Shown here: in pieces, positions 55,900 to 64,000 of the stretch
Layout of the letters: each line of letters begins with the position of its first letter
Position numbering within the stretch: the first letter of the stretch is position 1
Assembly (NCBI RefSeq): GCF_056712565.1
Contig: NZ_CM160072.1
DNA: 64,000 bases
Reading direction: 5' to 3' (one strand)
Translations under genes and position numbers: made by a program
Notes under the pieces: generated by a model
Databases searched by the model: none
What the model was told of the DNA's origin: nothing
The model's input: the letters and a program-made list of their open reading frames with translations, nothing else

Positions 55900-55936
55900 T
55901 TGGGCAGTTGAAACCAGACGTTTCGCCCCTATTACA
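55900..55936 (+). promoter_or_regulatory. dnaK P2 heat-shock (sigma-32) promoter
   Basis: ttgaaa (55908-55913) and cgcccctatta (55924-55934), about 50 bp upstream of the dnaK ATG. Confidence 0.65.
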
Positions 55937-55981
55937 GACTCACAACCACATGATGACCGAATATATAGTGGAGACGTTTAG

Positions 55982-57898
55982 ATGGGTAAAATAATTGGTA
56001 TCGACCTGGGTACTACCAACTCTTGTGTAGCGATTATGGATGGCACCACTCCTCGTGTACTGGAGAACGCCGAAGGCGATCGCACCACGCCTTCTATCAT
56101 TGCCTATACCCAGGATGGTGAAACTCTGGTTGGTCAGCCGGCTAAACGTCAGGCAGTGACGAACCCGCAAAACACCCTGTTTGCGATTAAACGCCTGATT
56201 GGCCGCCGCTTCCAGGACGAAGAAGTACAGCGTGATGTTTCCATCATGCCGTTCAAAATTATTGCTGCTGATAACGGCGACGCATGGGTCGAAGTTAAAG
56301 GCCAGAAAATGGCACCGCCGCAGATCTCTGCTGAAGTGCTGAAAAAAATGAAGAAAACCGCTGAAGATTACCTGGGTGAACCGGTAACTGAAGCTGTTAT
56401 TACCGTACCGGCATACTTTAACGATGCTCAGCGTCAGGCAACCAAAGACGCAGGCCGTATCGCTGGTCTGGAAGTAAAACGTATCATCAACGAACCGACC
56501 GCAGCTGCGCTGGCTTACGGTCTGGACAAAGGTACTGGCAACCGTACTATCGCGGTTTATGACCTGGGTGGTGGTACTTTCGATATTTCCATTATCGAAA
56601 TCGACGAAGTTGACGGCGAAAAAACCTTCGAAGTTCTGGCAACCAACGGTGATACCCACCTGGGTGGTGAAGACTTCGACAGTCGTCTGATCAACTATCT
56701 GGTTGAAGAATTCAAGAAAGATCAGGGCATTGACCTGCGCAACGATCCGCTGGCAATGCAGCGCCTGAAAGAAGCGGCAGAAAAAGCGAAAATCGAACTG
56801 TCTTCCGCTCAGCAGACCGACGTTAACCTGCCGTACATCACTGCAGACGCGACCGGTCCGAAACACATGAACATCAAAGTGACTCGTGCGAAACTGGAAA
56901 GCCTGGTTGAAGATCTGGTAAACCGTTCCATTGAGCCGCTGAAAGTTGCACTGCAGGACGCTGGCCTGTCCGTATCTGATATCGACGACGTTATCCTCGT
57001 TGGTGGTCAGACTCGTATGCCAATGGTTCAGAAGAAAGTTGCTGAATTCTTTGGTAAAGAGCCGCGTAAAGATGTTAACCCGGACGAAGCTGTAGCCATC
57101 GGTGCTGCTGTTCAGGGTGGTGTTCTGACTGGTGACGTAAAAGACGTACTGCTGCTGGACGTTACCCCGCTGTCTCTGGGTATCGAAACCATGGGCGGTG
57201 TGATGACCACGCTGATCGCGAAAAACACCACTATCCCGACCAAGCACAGCCAGGTGTTCTCTACCGCTGAAGACAACCAGTCTGCGGTAACCATCCATGT
57301 GCTGCAGGGTGAACGTAAACGTGCGGCTGATAACAAATCTCTGGGTCAGTTCAACCTGGATGGTATCAACCCGGCACCGCGCGGCATGCCGCAGATCGAA
57401 GTTACCTTCGATATCGATGCTGACGGTATCCTGCACGTTTCCGCGAAAGACAAAAACAGCGGTAAAGAGCAGAAGATCACTATCAAGGCTTCTTCTGGTC
57501 TGAACGAAGATGAAATCCAGAAAATGGTACGCGACGCAGAAGCTAACGCCGAAGCTGACCGTAAGTTTGAAGAGCTGGTACAGACTCGCAACCAGGGCGA
57601 CCATCTGCTGCACAGCACCCGTAAGCAGGTTGAAGAAGCAGGCGACAAACTGCCGGCTGACGACAAAACTGCTATCGAGTCTGCGCTGACTGCACTGGAA
57701 ACTGCTCTGAAAGGTGAAGACAAAGCCGCTATCGAAGCGAAAATGCAGGAACTGGCACAGGTTTCCCAGAAACTGATGGAAATCGCCCAGCAGCAACATG
57801 CCCAGCAGCAGACTGCCGGTGCTGATGCTTCTGCAAACAACGCGAAAGATGACGATGTTGTCGACGCTGAATTTGAAGAAGTCAAAGACAAAAAATAA
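55982..57898 (+). CDS. dnaK: Hsp70 chaperone DnaK
   Basis: 638-aa [41 protein letters not shown]... Confidence 0.99.
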
Positions 57899-57986
57899 TC
57901 GCCCTATAAACGGGTAATTATACTGACACGGGCGAAGGGGAATTTCCTCTCCGCCCGTGCATTCATCTAGGGGCAAATCAAAAAAG

Positions 57987-59117
57987 ATGGCTAAGCAAGA
58001 TTATTACGAGATTTTAGGCGTTTCCAAAACAGCGGAAGAGCGTGAAATCAAAAAGGCCTACAAACGCCTGGCCATGAAATACCACCCGGACCGTAACCAG
58101 GGTGACAAAGAGGCCGAGGCGAAATTTAAAGAGATCAAGGAAGCTTATGAAGTTCTGACCGACTCGCAAAAACGTGCGGCATACGATCAGTATGGTCATG
58201 CTGCGTTTGAGCAAGGCGGCATGGGCGGCGGCGGTTTTGGCGGCGGCGCAGACTTCAGCGATATTTTTGGTGACGTTTTCGGCGATATTTTTGGCGGCGG
58301 ACGTGGTCGTCAACGTGCGGCGCGCGGTGCTGATTTACGCTATAACATGGAGCTCACCCTCGAAGAAGCTGTACGTGGCGTGACCAAAGAGATCCGCATT
58401 CCGACTCTGGAAGAGTGTGACGTTTGCCACGGTAGCGGTGCAAAACCAGGTACACAGCCGCAGACCTGTCCGACCTGTCATGGTTCTGGCCAGGTGCAGA
58501 TGCGCCAGGGTTTCTTTGCCGTGCAGCAGACCTGTCCACACTGTCAGGGCCGCGGTACGCTGATCAAAGATCCGTGCAACAAATGTCATGGTCATGGTCG
58601 TGTTGAGCGCAGCAAAACGCTGTCCGTTAAAATCCCGGCAGGGGTGGACACTGGAGACCGCATCCGTCTTGCGGGCGAAGGTGAAGCGGGTGAACACGGC
58701 GCACCGGCAGGCGATCTGTACGTTCAGGTTCAGGTTAAACAGCACCCGATTTTCGAGCGTGAAGGCAACAACCTGTATTGCGAAGTCCCGATCAACTTCG
58801 CTATGGCGGCGCTGGGTGGTGAAATCGAAGTACCGACCCTTGATGGTCGCGTCAAACTGAAAGTGCCTGGCGAAACCCAGACCGGTAAGCTGTTCCGTAT
58901 GCGCGGTAAAGGCGTCAAGTCTGTCCGCGGTGGCGCACAGGGTGATTTGCTATGCCGCGTTGTTGTCGAAACACCGGTAGGTTTGAACGAGAAGCAGAAA
59001 CAGCTGCTGCAAGAGCTGCAAGAAAGCTTTGGTGGCCCAACCGGCGAGCACAACAGCCCGCGTTCAAAGAGCTTCTTTGATGGCGTGAAGAAGTTTTTTG
59101 ACGACCTGACTCGCTAA
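57987..59117 (+). CDS. dnaJ: Hsp40 co-chaperone DnaJ
   Basis: ORF-track frame 57957..59117; ATG at 57987 gives [40 protein letters not shown] (J domain), Gly/Phe-rich linker, four CxxCxGxG zinc-finger repeats; 376 aa. Confidence 0.99.
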
Positions 59118-59194
59118 CCTCCCCAAAAGCCTGCCCGTGGGCAGGCCAGGGTAAAAACCAGGGTGCGTTGAAGATATGCGAGCACCTGTAAAGT

Positions 59195-59214
59195 GGCGGG
59201 GATCACTCCCCGCC
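59195..59214. terminator. Stem-loop between dnaJ and the hokC 3' end
   Basis: ggcggggatcactccccgcc perfect inverted repeat; could terminate dnaJ and/or form the 3' structure of the hok mRNA. Confidence 0.5.
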
Positions 59215-59221
59215 GTTGCTC

Positions 59222-59374
59222 TTACTCGGATTCGTAAGCCGTGAAAACAGCAACCTCCGTCTGGCCAGTTCGGATGTGAACCTCACAGAGGTCTTTTCTC
59301 GTTACCAGCGCCGCCACTACGGCGGTGATACAGATGACGATCAGGGCGACAATCATCGCCTTATGCTGCTTCAT
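59222..59374 (-). CDS. hokC: Type I toxin HokC/Gef (small membrane toxin)
   Basis: Translation MKQHKAMIVALIVICITAVVAALVTRKDLCEVHIRTGQTEVAVFTAYESE (50 aa), Hok/Gef family. Confidence 0.93.
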   Translation of the reverse strand: MKQHKAMIVALIVICITAVVAALVTRKDLCEVHIRTGQTEVAVFTAYESE

Positions 59375-59431
59375 TGCTCTCTTCTCCTTGACCTTACGGT
59401 CAGTAAGAGGCACTCTACATGTGTTCTGCAT
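59222..59431 (-). CDS. mokC: MokC, overlapping reading frame translationally coupled to hokC
   Basis: Same frame, upstream ATG at 59431 giving MQNTCRVPLTDRKVKEKRA-MKQHK... (69 aa). Confidence 0.8.
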   Translation of the reverse strand: MQNTCRVPLTDRKVKEKRAMKQHKAMIVALIVICITAVVAALVTRKDLCEVHIRTGQTEVAVFTAYESE

Positions 59432-59477
59432 ATAGGGGGCCTCGGGTTGATGGTAAAATATCACTCGGGGCTTTTCT
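59423..59477 (+). ncRNA. sokC: SokC antisense RNA (approximate position)
   Basis: Placed only by the expected position relative to the mokC start in hok/sok loci; not verified by promoter or structure. Confidence 0.4.
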
Positions 59478-59985
59478 CTATCTGCCGTTCAGCTAATGCC
59501 TGAGACAGACAGCCTCAAGCACCCGCCGCTATTATATCGCTCTCTTTAACCCATTCTGTTTTATCGATTCTAATCCTGAAGACGCCTCGCATTTTTGCGT
59601 AATCAATCTTTAGTACATTGTTTATTTTAACTCTTATGTGCGTTTTCATTTACAAAAGTTGAGATTATGAACAAGAGGTTTAAGTTATGCCTGAATGGTG
59701 AGTTATTACTGGAGAAAGTAATAGAAGATACAAAATATTCTTGTACAGAATTGAATTTTCTTTTTGTGAGGAAAAATGTTTATAAATCAATGAGTGATAT
59801 TTAAAATCGACACACTTTTTGAAACACGATACCTCCACACCCGGGGGTAAAAGTAATCTGCGATCTCCATCACGCTTTGCCATTCACCTTTAAATATACT
59901 TTCTGAGTCGTTCTTAATCAAAATGAATTATCTGATGTATTGATTTCTATGGAACCATAAAAAAAATGAATGGAGAGCATATTAT

Positions 59986-60747
59986 ATGTCTGCCAAAAGA
60001 CGGCTTCTTATTGCGTGTGCCCTGACAACGATTTTCTATCACCTTCCTGCATATTCTTCATTAGAATATAAAGGTTCCTTTGGCTCAATAAATGCAGGTT
60101 ATGCTGACTGGAATAGTGGCTTCATTAACACTCATCGTGGTGAAGTATGGAAAGTGACTGCAGACTTTGGTGTGAATTTTAAAGAAGCCGAGTTTTACTC
60201 ATTTTATGAAAGCAATGTGCTTAACCATGCCGTAGCGGGGCGTAATCATACCGTTTCTGCTATGACACATGTCAGACTCTTTGACTCCAATATGACTTTC
60301 TTTGGCAAGATCTATGGTCAATGGGATAACTCATGGGGTGACGATCTTGATATGTTTTATGGTTTGGGCTACCTCGGCTGGAATGGTTCATGGGGGTTTT
60401 TTAAACCGTATATTGGATTACATAATCAATCTGGAGACTACGTCTCAGCCAAATATGGACAAACAAATGGCTGGAATGGTTATGTTGTTGGCTGGACAGC
60501 AGTATTACCTTTTACGTTATTTGACGAAAAATTTGTTTTATCTAACTGGAATGAAATAGAACTGGACAGAAATGATGCCTATGCGGAACAACAATTTGGT
60601 CGGAATGGGCTAAATGGCGGTTTAACAGTAGCCTGGAAGTTCTATCCTCGCTGGAAAGCCAGTGTGACGTGGCGTTATTTCGATAATAAGTTGGGCTACG
60701 ATGGTTTTGGCGATCAAATGATTTATATGCTTGGTTATGATTTCTAA
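59986..60747 (+). CDS. Tsx/OmpK-family outer-membrane channel
   Basis: 253-aa ORF; signal peptide MSAKRRLLIACALTTIFYHLPAYS; aromatic/Gly-rich beta-strand pattern (WNGSWGFFKPYIG; WNGYVVGWTAV); C-terminal ...MLGYDF resembling Tsx ...GYNF; RBS tggagag; AT-rich. Confidence 0.7.
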   Translation: MSAKRRLLIACALTTIFYHLPAYSSLEYKGSFGSINAGYADWNSGFINTHRGEVWKVTADFGVNFKEAEFYSFYESNVLNHAVAGRNHTVSAMTHVRLFDSNMTFFGKIYGQWDNSWGDDLDMFYGLGYLGWNGSWGFFKPYIGLHNQSGDYVSAKYGQTNGWNGYVVGWTAVLPFTLFDEKFVLSNWNEIELDRNDAYAEQQFGRNGLNGGLTVAWKFYPRWKASVTWRYFDNKLGYDGFGDQMIYMLGYDF

Positions 60748-60766
60748 TTTTCATCAGGGAATAATT

Positions 60767-62260
60767 ATGCAGAAAACATTAATGGCCAGTTTGATCGGCC
60801 TTGCAGTTTGCACAGGGAATGCTTTTAATCCAGTCGTAGCTGCCGAGACTAAACAACCCAATTTAGTCATCATTATGGCGGATGATTTAGGCTATGGTGA
60901 TTTAGCAACATATGGACATCAGATCGTTAAAACACCCAATATTGACAGGCTTGCCCAGGAGGGCGTCAAATTTACTGACTACTATGCACCAGCTCCCTTA
61001 AGTTCTCCTTCGCGGGCGGGGTTATTAACGGGGCGGATGCCATTTCGTACCGGCATACGTTCATGGATCCCAACGGGAAAAGATGTGGCATTAGGGCGTA
61101 ATGAACTCACGATTGCTAATCTACTCAAAGCGCAAGGGTATGACACGGCCATGATGGGTAAGCTGCATCTGAATGCAGGCGGCGATCGCACCGATCAGCC
61201 GCAGGCAAAAGATATGGGCTTTGATTACTCACTGGTTAATACGGCGGGTTTTGTTACCGACGCCACGCTGGATAACGCTAAAGAACGCCCGCGTTATGGC
61301 ATGGTTTACCCGACAGGCTGGCTACGTAACGGGCAACCCACTCCACGAGCCGATAAAATGAGCGGTGAGTATGTCAGTTCGGAAGTCGTCAACTGGCTGG
61401 ATAACAAAAAGGACAGCAAGCCTTTCTTCCTCTATGTTGCTTTTACCGAAGTGCATAGCCCCCTGGCTTCGCCCAAAAAATACCTCGACATGTACTCACA
61501 ATATATGAGCGCGTATCAGAAGCAGCATCCTGATTTATTTTATGGCGACTGGGCAGACAAACCCTGGCGTGGTGTGGGGGAATATTATGCCAATATCAGC
61601 TATCTGGATGCACAGGTTGGAAAAGTGCTGGATAAAATCAAAGCGATGGGTGAAGAAGATAACACAATCGTTATTTTTACCAGTGATAACGGTCCGGTAA
61701 CGCGTGAAGCGCGCAAAGTGTATGAGCTGAATTTGGCAGGGGAAACGGATGGATTACGCGGTCGCAAGGATAACCTTTGGGAAGGCGGAATTCGTGTTCC
61801 AGCCATTATTAAATATGGTAAACATCTACCACAGGGAATGGTTTCAGATACACCCGTTTATGGTCTGGACTGGATGCCTACTTTAGCGAAAATGATGAAC
61901 TTCAAATTACCTACAGACCGTACTTTCGATGGTGAATCGCTGGTTCCTGTTCTTGAGCAAAAAGCATTGAAACGCGAAAAGCCATTAATTTTCGGGATTG
62001 ATATGCCATTCCAGGATGATCCAACCGATGAATGGGCGATCCGTGATGGTGACTGGAAGATGATTATCGATCGCAATAATAAACCGAAATATCTCTACAA
62101 TCTGAAATCTGATCGTTATGAAACACTTAATCTGATCGGTAAAAAACCAGATATTGAAAAACAGATGTATGGTAAGTTTTTAAAATATAAAACTGATATT
62201 GATAATGATTCTCTAATGAAAGCCAGAGGTGATAAACCAGAAGCGGTGACCTGGGGCTAA
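60767..62260 (+). CDS. Periplasmic sulfatase, Ser-type (S-x-P-S-R)
   Basis: ORF-track frame 60731..62260; ATG at 60767 with RBS aggga; signal peptide MQKTLMASLIGLAVCTGNAFNPVVAAE; N-terminal IIMADDLGYGD and signature APAPLSSPSRAGLLTGR; 19 bp after the channel gene. Confidence 0.85.
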   Translation: MQKTLMASLIGLAVCTGNAFNPVVAAETKQPNLVIIMADDLGYGDLATYGHQIVKTPNIDRLAQEGVKFTDYYAPAPLSSPSRAGLLTGRMPFRTGIRSWIPTGKDVALGRNELTIANLLKAQGYDTAMMGKLHLNAGGDRTDQPQAKDMGFDYSLVNTAGFVTDATLDNAKERPRYGMVYPTGWLRNGQPTPRADKMSGEYVSSEVVNWLDNKKDSKPFFLYVAFTEVHSPLASPKKYLDMYSQYMSAYQKQHPDLFYGDWADKPWRGVGEYYANISYLDAQVGKVLDKIKAMGEEDNTIVIFTSDNGPVTREARKVYELNLAGETDGLRGRKDNLWEGGIRVPAIIKYGKHLPQGMVSDTPVYGLDWMPTLAKMMNFKLPTDRTFDGESLVPVLEQKALKREKPLIFGIDMPFQDDPTDEWAIRDGDWKMIIDRNNKPKYLYNLKSDRYETLNLIGKKPDIEKQMYGKFLKYKTDIDNDSLMKARGDKPEAVTWG

Positions 62261-62308
62261 CCTGATAATCATAATAAATGTAATGTATGCCATTTAGGGC
62301 TATGCCCG

Positions 62309-62346
62309 CCTGATTCAGTGCTACGCATTGAATCAGGTTCTTTTCG
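62309..62346 (+). terminator. Rho-independent terminator after the sulfatase gene
   Basis: cctgattcagtg-ctacgc-attgaatcagg hairpin followed by ttcttttcg. Confidence 0.65.
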
Positions 62347-62388
62347 CGTTGAACAATATCAAGATACGGCTATTCGCAGGGAGTGGAT

Positions 62389-63648
62389 ATGTTTACCAAC
62401 GTAAATGTTGATTGTTGCAAAACACCAGGATGTAAAAACCTGGGGTTGCTGAATAGCCAGGATTATGTCGCACAGGGTAAAAATATTTTATGCCGTGAAT
62501 GTGGTTACTTGTTTCCAGTGATATCTGAACAGTCGCTTAATATTTATCGTAATATTGTGAATCACTCCTGGAGAGGTTTGATTTGCCAATGTTCAACTTG
62601 CGGAGGCACGTCCCTCAAAAAATATGGATATTCTGCACAAGGCCAGAGAAGAATGTATTGCCATCATTGTGAGAAAACATTTATCACTCTGGAACATGTA
62701 ATTACCACACCACGAGGAGCCCTGTTAGCATTGATGATTGAGCAAGGGGAGGCACTTGCGGATATCAGAAAGTCATTACTTCTTAACAGCACTGGACTTA
62801 GCCGTGAACTGTTAAAATTAGCGCGTGAAGCAAACTATAAAGAAAGTCGACAGTGTTTCCCAGCTTCTGATATTACCCTGAGTACCCGCGCTTTTCGCGT
62901 CAAGTATAATGGTAGCAATAACTCTCTTTATGCTCTTGTTACCGCAGAAGAACAAAGCGGCAGGGTGGTTGCCATCTCAACCAATTACTCCCCATCTGCC
63001 GTAGAGCAACATTATCAATACACATCGAACTATGAAGAGCGTATGTCTCCAGGGACGCTGGCACATCATGTCCAGCGCAAAGAGTTACTTACTATGCGGC
63101 GGGATACCTTGTTTGATATTGATTACGGCCCGGCAGTTTTACATCAAAACGATCCGGGAATGTTGGTAAAACCGGTTCTTCCGGCATATCGTCATTTTGA
63201 ACTGGTCAGAATACTGACCGATGAGCATTCCAACAACGTTCAGCATTACCTTGATCACGAATGCTTTATATTGGGCGGCTGCCTGATGGCTAATTTGCAG
63301 CATATTCATCAAGGTCGCTGCCATATTTCCTTTGTCAAAGAGCGCGGTGTGGCACCCGCCACCATTGATTTTCCACCGCGATTATTCCTTAGTGGTGGGG
63401 TACGAAATAATGTCTGGCGTGCATTTTCTAACCGCAATTATTCAATGGCTGTATGCAATCTCACTGGCAGTAAGAAAGTCCGCGAGATGCGGCATGCAAC
63501 ATTGAACAGTGCGACGCGTTTTATCCACTTTGTGGAGAACCATCCTTTCCTTATATCATTGAACCGAATGTCTCCTGCGAATGTCGTTTCTACATTAGAT
63601 ATCCTCAAACATCTGTGGAATAAAAAACTAGAGCATGGAACAATTTAA
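62389..63648 (+). CDS. Hypothetical cysteine-rich protein with two N-terminal transposase-type zinc ribbons
   Basis: ORF-track frame 62383..63648; ATG at 62389 preceded by gcagggag RBS; 419 aa; ribbon 1 CCKTPGC-x19-CREC, ribbon 2 CQCSTCGG-x17-CHHCEKTF (G-x-Q-R-x-x-C-x-x-C-x-K-T-F), followed by about 300 aa with no motif I can assign. Confidence 0.6.
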   Translation: MFTNVNVDCCKTPGCKNLGLLNSQDYVAQGKNILCRECGYLFPVISEQSLNIYRNIVNHSWRGLICQCSTCGGTSLKKYGYSAQGQRRMYCHHCEKTFITLEHVITTPRGALLALMIEQGEALADIRKSLLLNSTGLSRELLKLAREANYKESRQCFPASDITLSTRAFRVKYNGSNNSLYALVTAEEQSGRVVAISTNYSPSAVEQHYQYTSNYEERMSPGTLAHHVQRKELLTMRRDTLFDIDYGPAVLHQNDPGMLVKPVLPAYRHFELVRILTDEHSNNVQHYLDHECFILGGCLMANLQHIHQGRCHISFVKERGVAPATIDFPPRLFLSGGVRNNVWRAFSNRNYSMAVCNLTGSKKVREMRHATLNSATRFIHFVENHPFLISLNRMSPANVVSTLDILKHLWNKKLEHGTI

Positions 63649-63882
63649 TTATTACTTTTCCGAATAATTTCTTCAGAAATCTTGACATTAGACTATGATT
63701 AATGGGGTTTAAGGTCATCAGCCGCCGCTTTCGGGCATCAAAAACTCATCTCTCGCTGATGGCGCAATTCTTTTAATAGATCGTAAAAAGCGAGCTATTC
63801 CTACACTATAATCTGATTTTAACGATGATTCGTGCGGGGTAAAATCGTGAAAACGATCTATTCACCTGAAGAGAAATAAAAA

Positions 63883-64000
63883 GTGAAACATCTGCATCGA
63901 TTCTTTAGCAGTGATGCCTCGGGAGGCATTATTCTCATTATTGCCGCTGTATTAGCGATGATTATGGCCAACAGCGGTGCAACCAGTGGATGGTATCACG
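63883..64000 (+). CDS. nhaA: Na+/H+ antiporter NhaA, N-terminal fragment; runs off the right edge
   Basis: GTG at 63883 gives [39 protein letters not shown], matching the NhaA N-terminus as I remember it. Confidence 0.9.
   Translation, partial: MKHLHRFFSSDASGGIILIIAAVLAMIMANSGATSGWYH

Noticed and set aside
55940-57976. 678-aa minus-strand ORF fully antisense to dnaK
   Set aside because: Lies entirely within the certain dnaK gene; low-complexity, stop-free antisense frames are common opposite highly expressed biased-codon genes; no RBS or promoter context.
58200-58320. Gly/Phe-rich low-complexity stretch ([29 protein letters not shown])
   Set aside because: This is the canonical G/F-rich linker of DnaJ, not a repeat expansion or frameshift artefact.
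62389-63648. Cys-rich protein as the missing anaerobic sulfatase-maturating enzyme
   Set aside because: No CxxxCxxC radical-SAM motif and no SPASM-type C-terminal cysteine clusters; the cysteines are arranged as C-x2-C pairs typical of zinc ribbons.
62389-63648. Cys-rich gene as an intact insertion sequence
   Set aside because: No terminal inverted repeats or target-site duplications are apparent around the gene, and its own RBS and spacing look like an ordinary chromosomal gene; a degenerate IS remnant is not excluded.

Overview
This window reads as an Escherichia coli chromosome segment collinear with K-12, running across the conventional origin of numbering: opgB' - yjjA - dnaC - dnaT - yjjBP - yjjQ/bglJ - fhuF - yjjZ - leuVPQ tRNAs - rsmC - holD - rimI - yjjG - prfC - osmY - ytjA - yjjUV - yjjWI - deoCABD - yjjJ - lplA - ytjB - serB - radA - nadR - ettA - slt - trpR - yjjX - gpmB - rob - creABCD - arcA - lasT - thrLABC - yaaX - yaaA - yaaJ - talB - mog - satP - yaaW - yaaI - dnaK - dnaJ - hokC/mokC - nhaA'. 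All gene identifications come from reading the translated ORFs and recalling the K-12 proteins and map; no database search was run. Almost everything is ordinary core genome. Three places differ from my memory of K-12: (1) a two-gene HigB-2/HigA-2-like toxin-antitoxin cassette between nadR and ettA (30285-31022); (2) no IS186 between dnaJ and hokC, leaving the hokC/mokC locus compact; (3) an AT-rich ~4 kb islet between hokC and nhaA (about 59500-63700) encoding a Tsx-family outer-membrane channel, a Ser-type periplasmic sulfatase and a 419-aa cysteine-rich protein with tandem transposase-type zinc ribbons. The cysteine-rich protein is the least explained element in the window. I found no CRISPR array, rRNA gene, integrase or clear recognised defence system; the novelty here is modest and confined to those islets.
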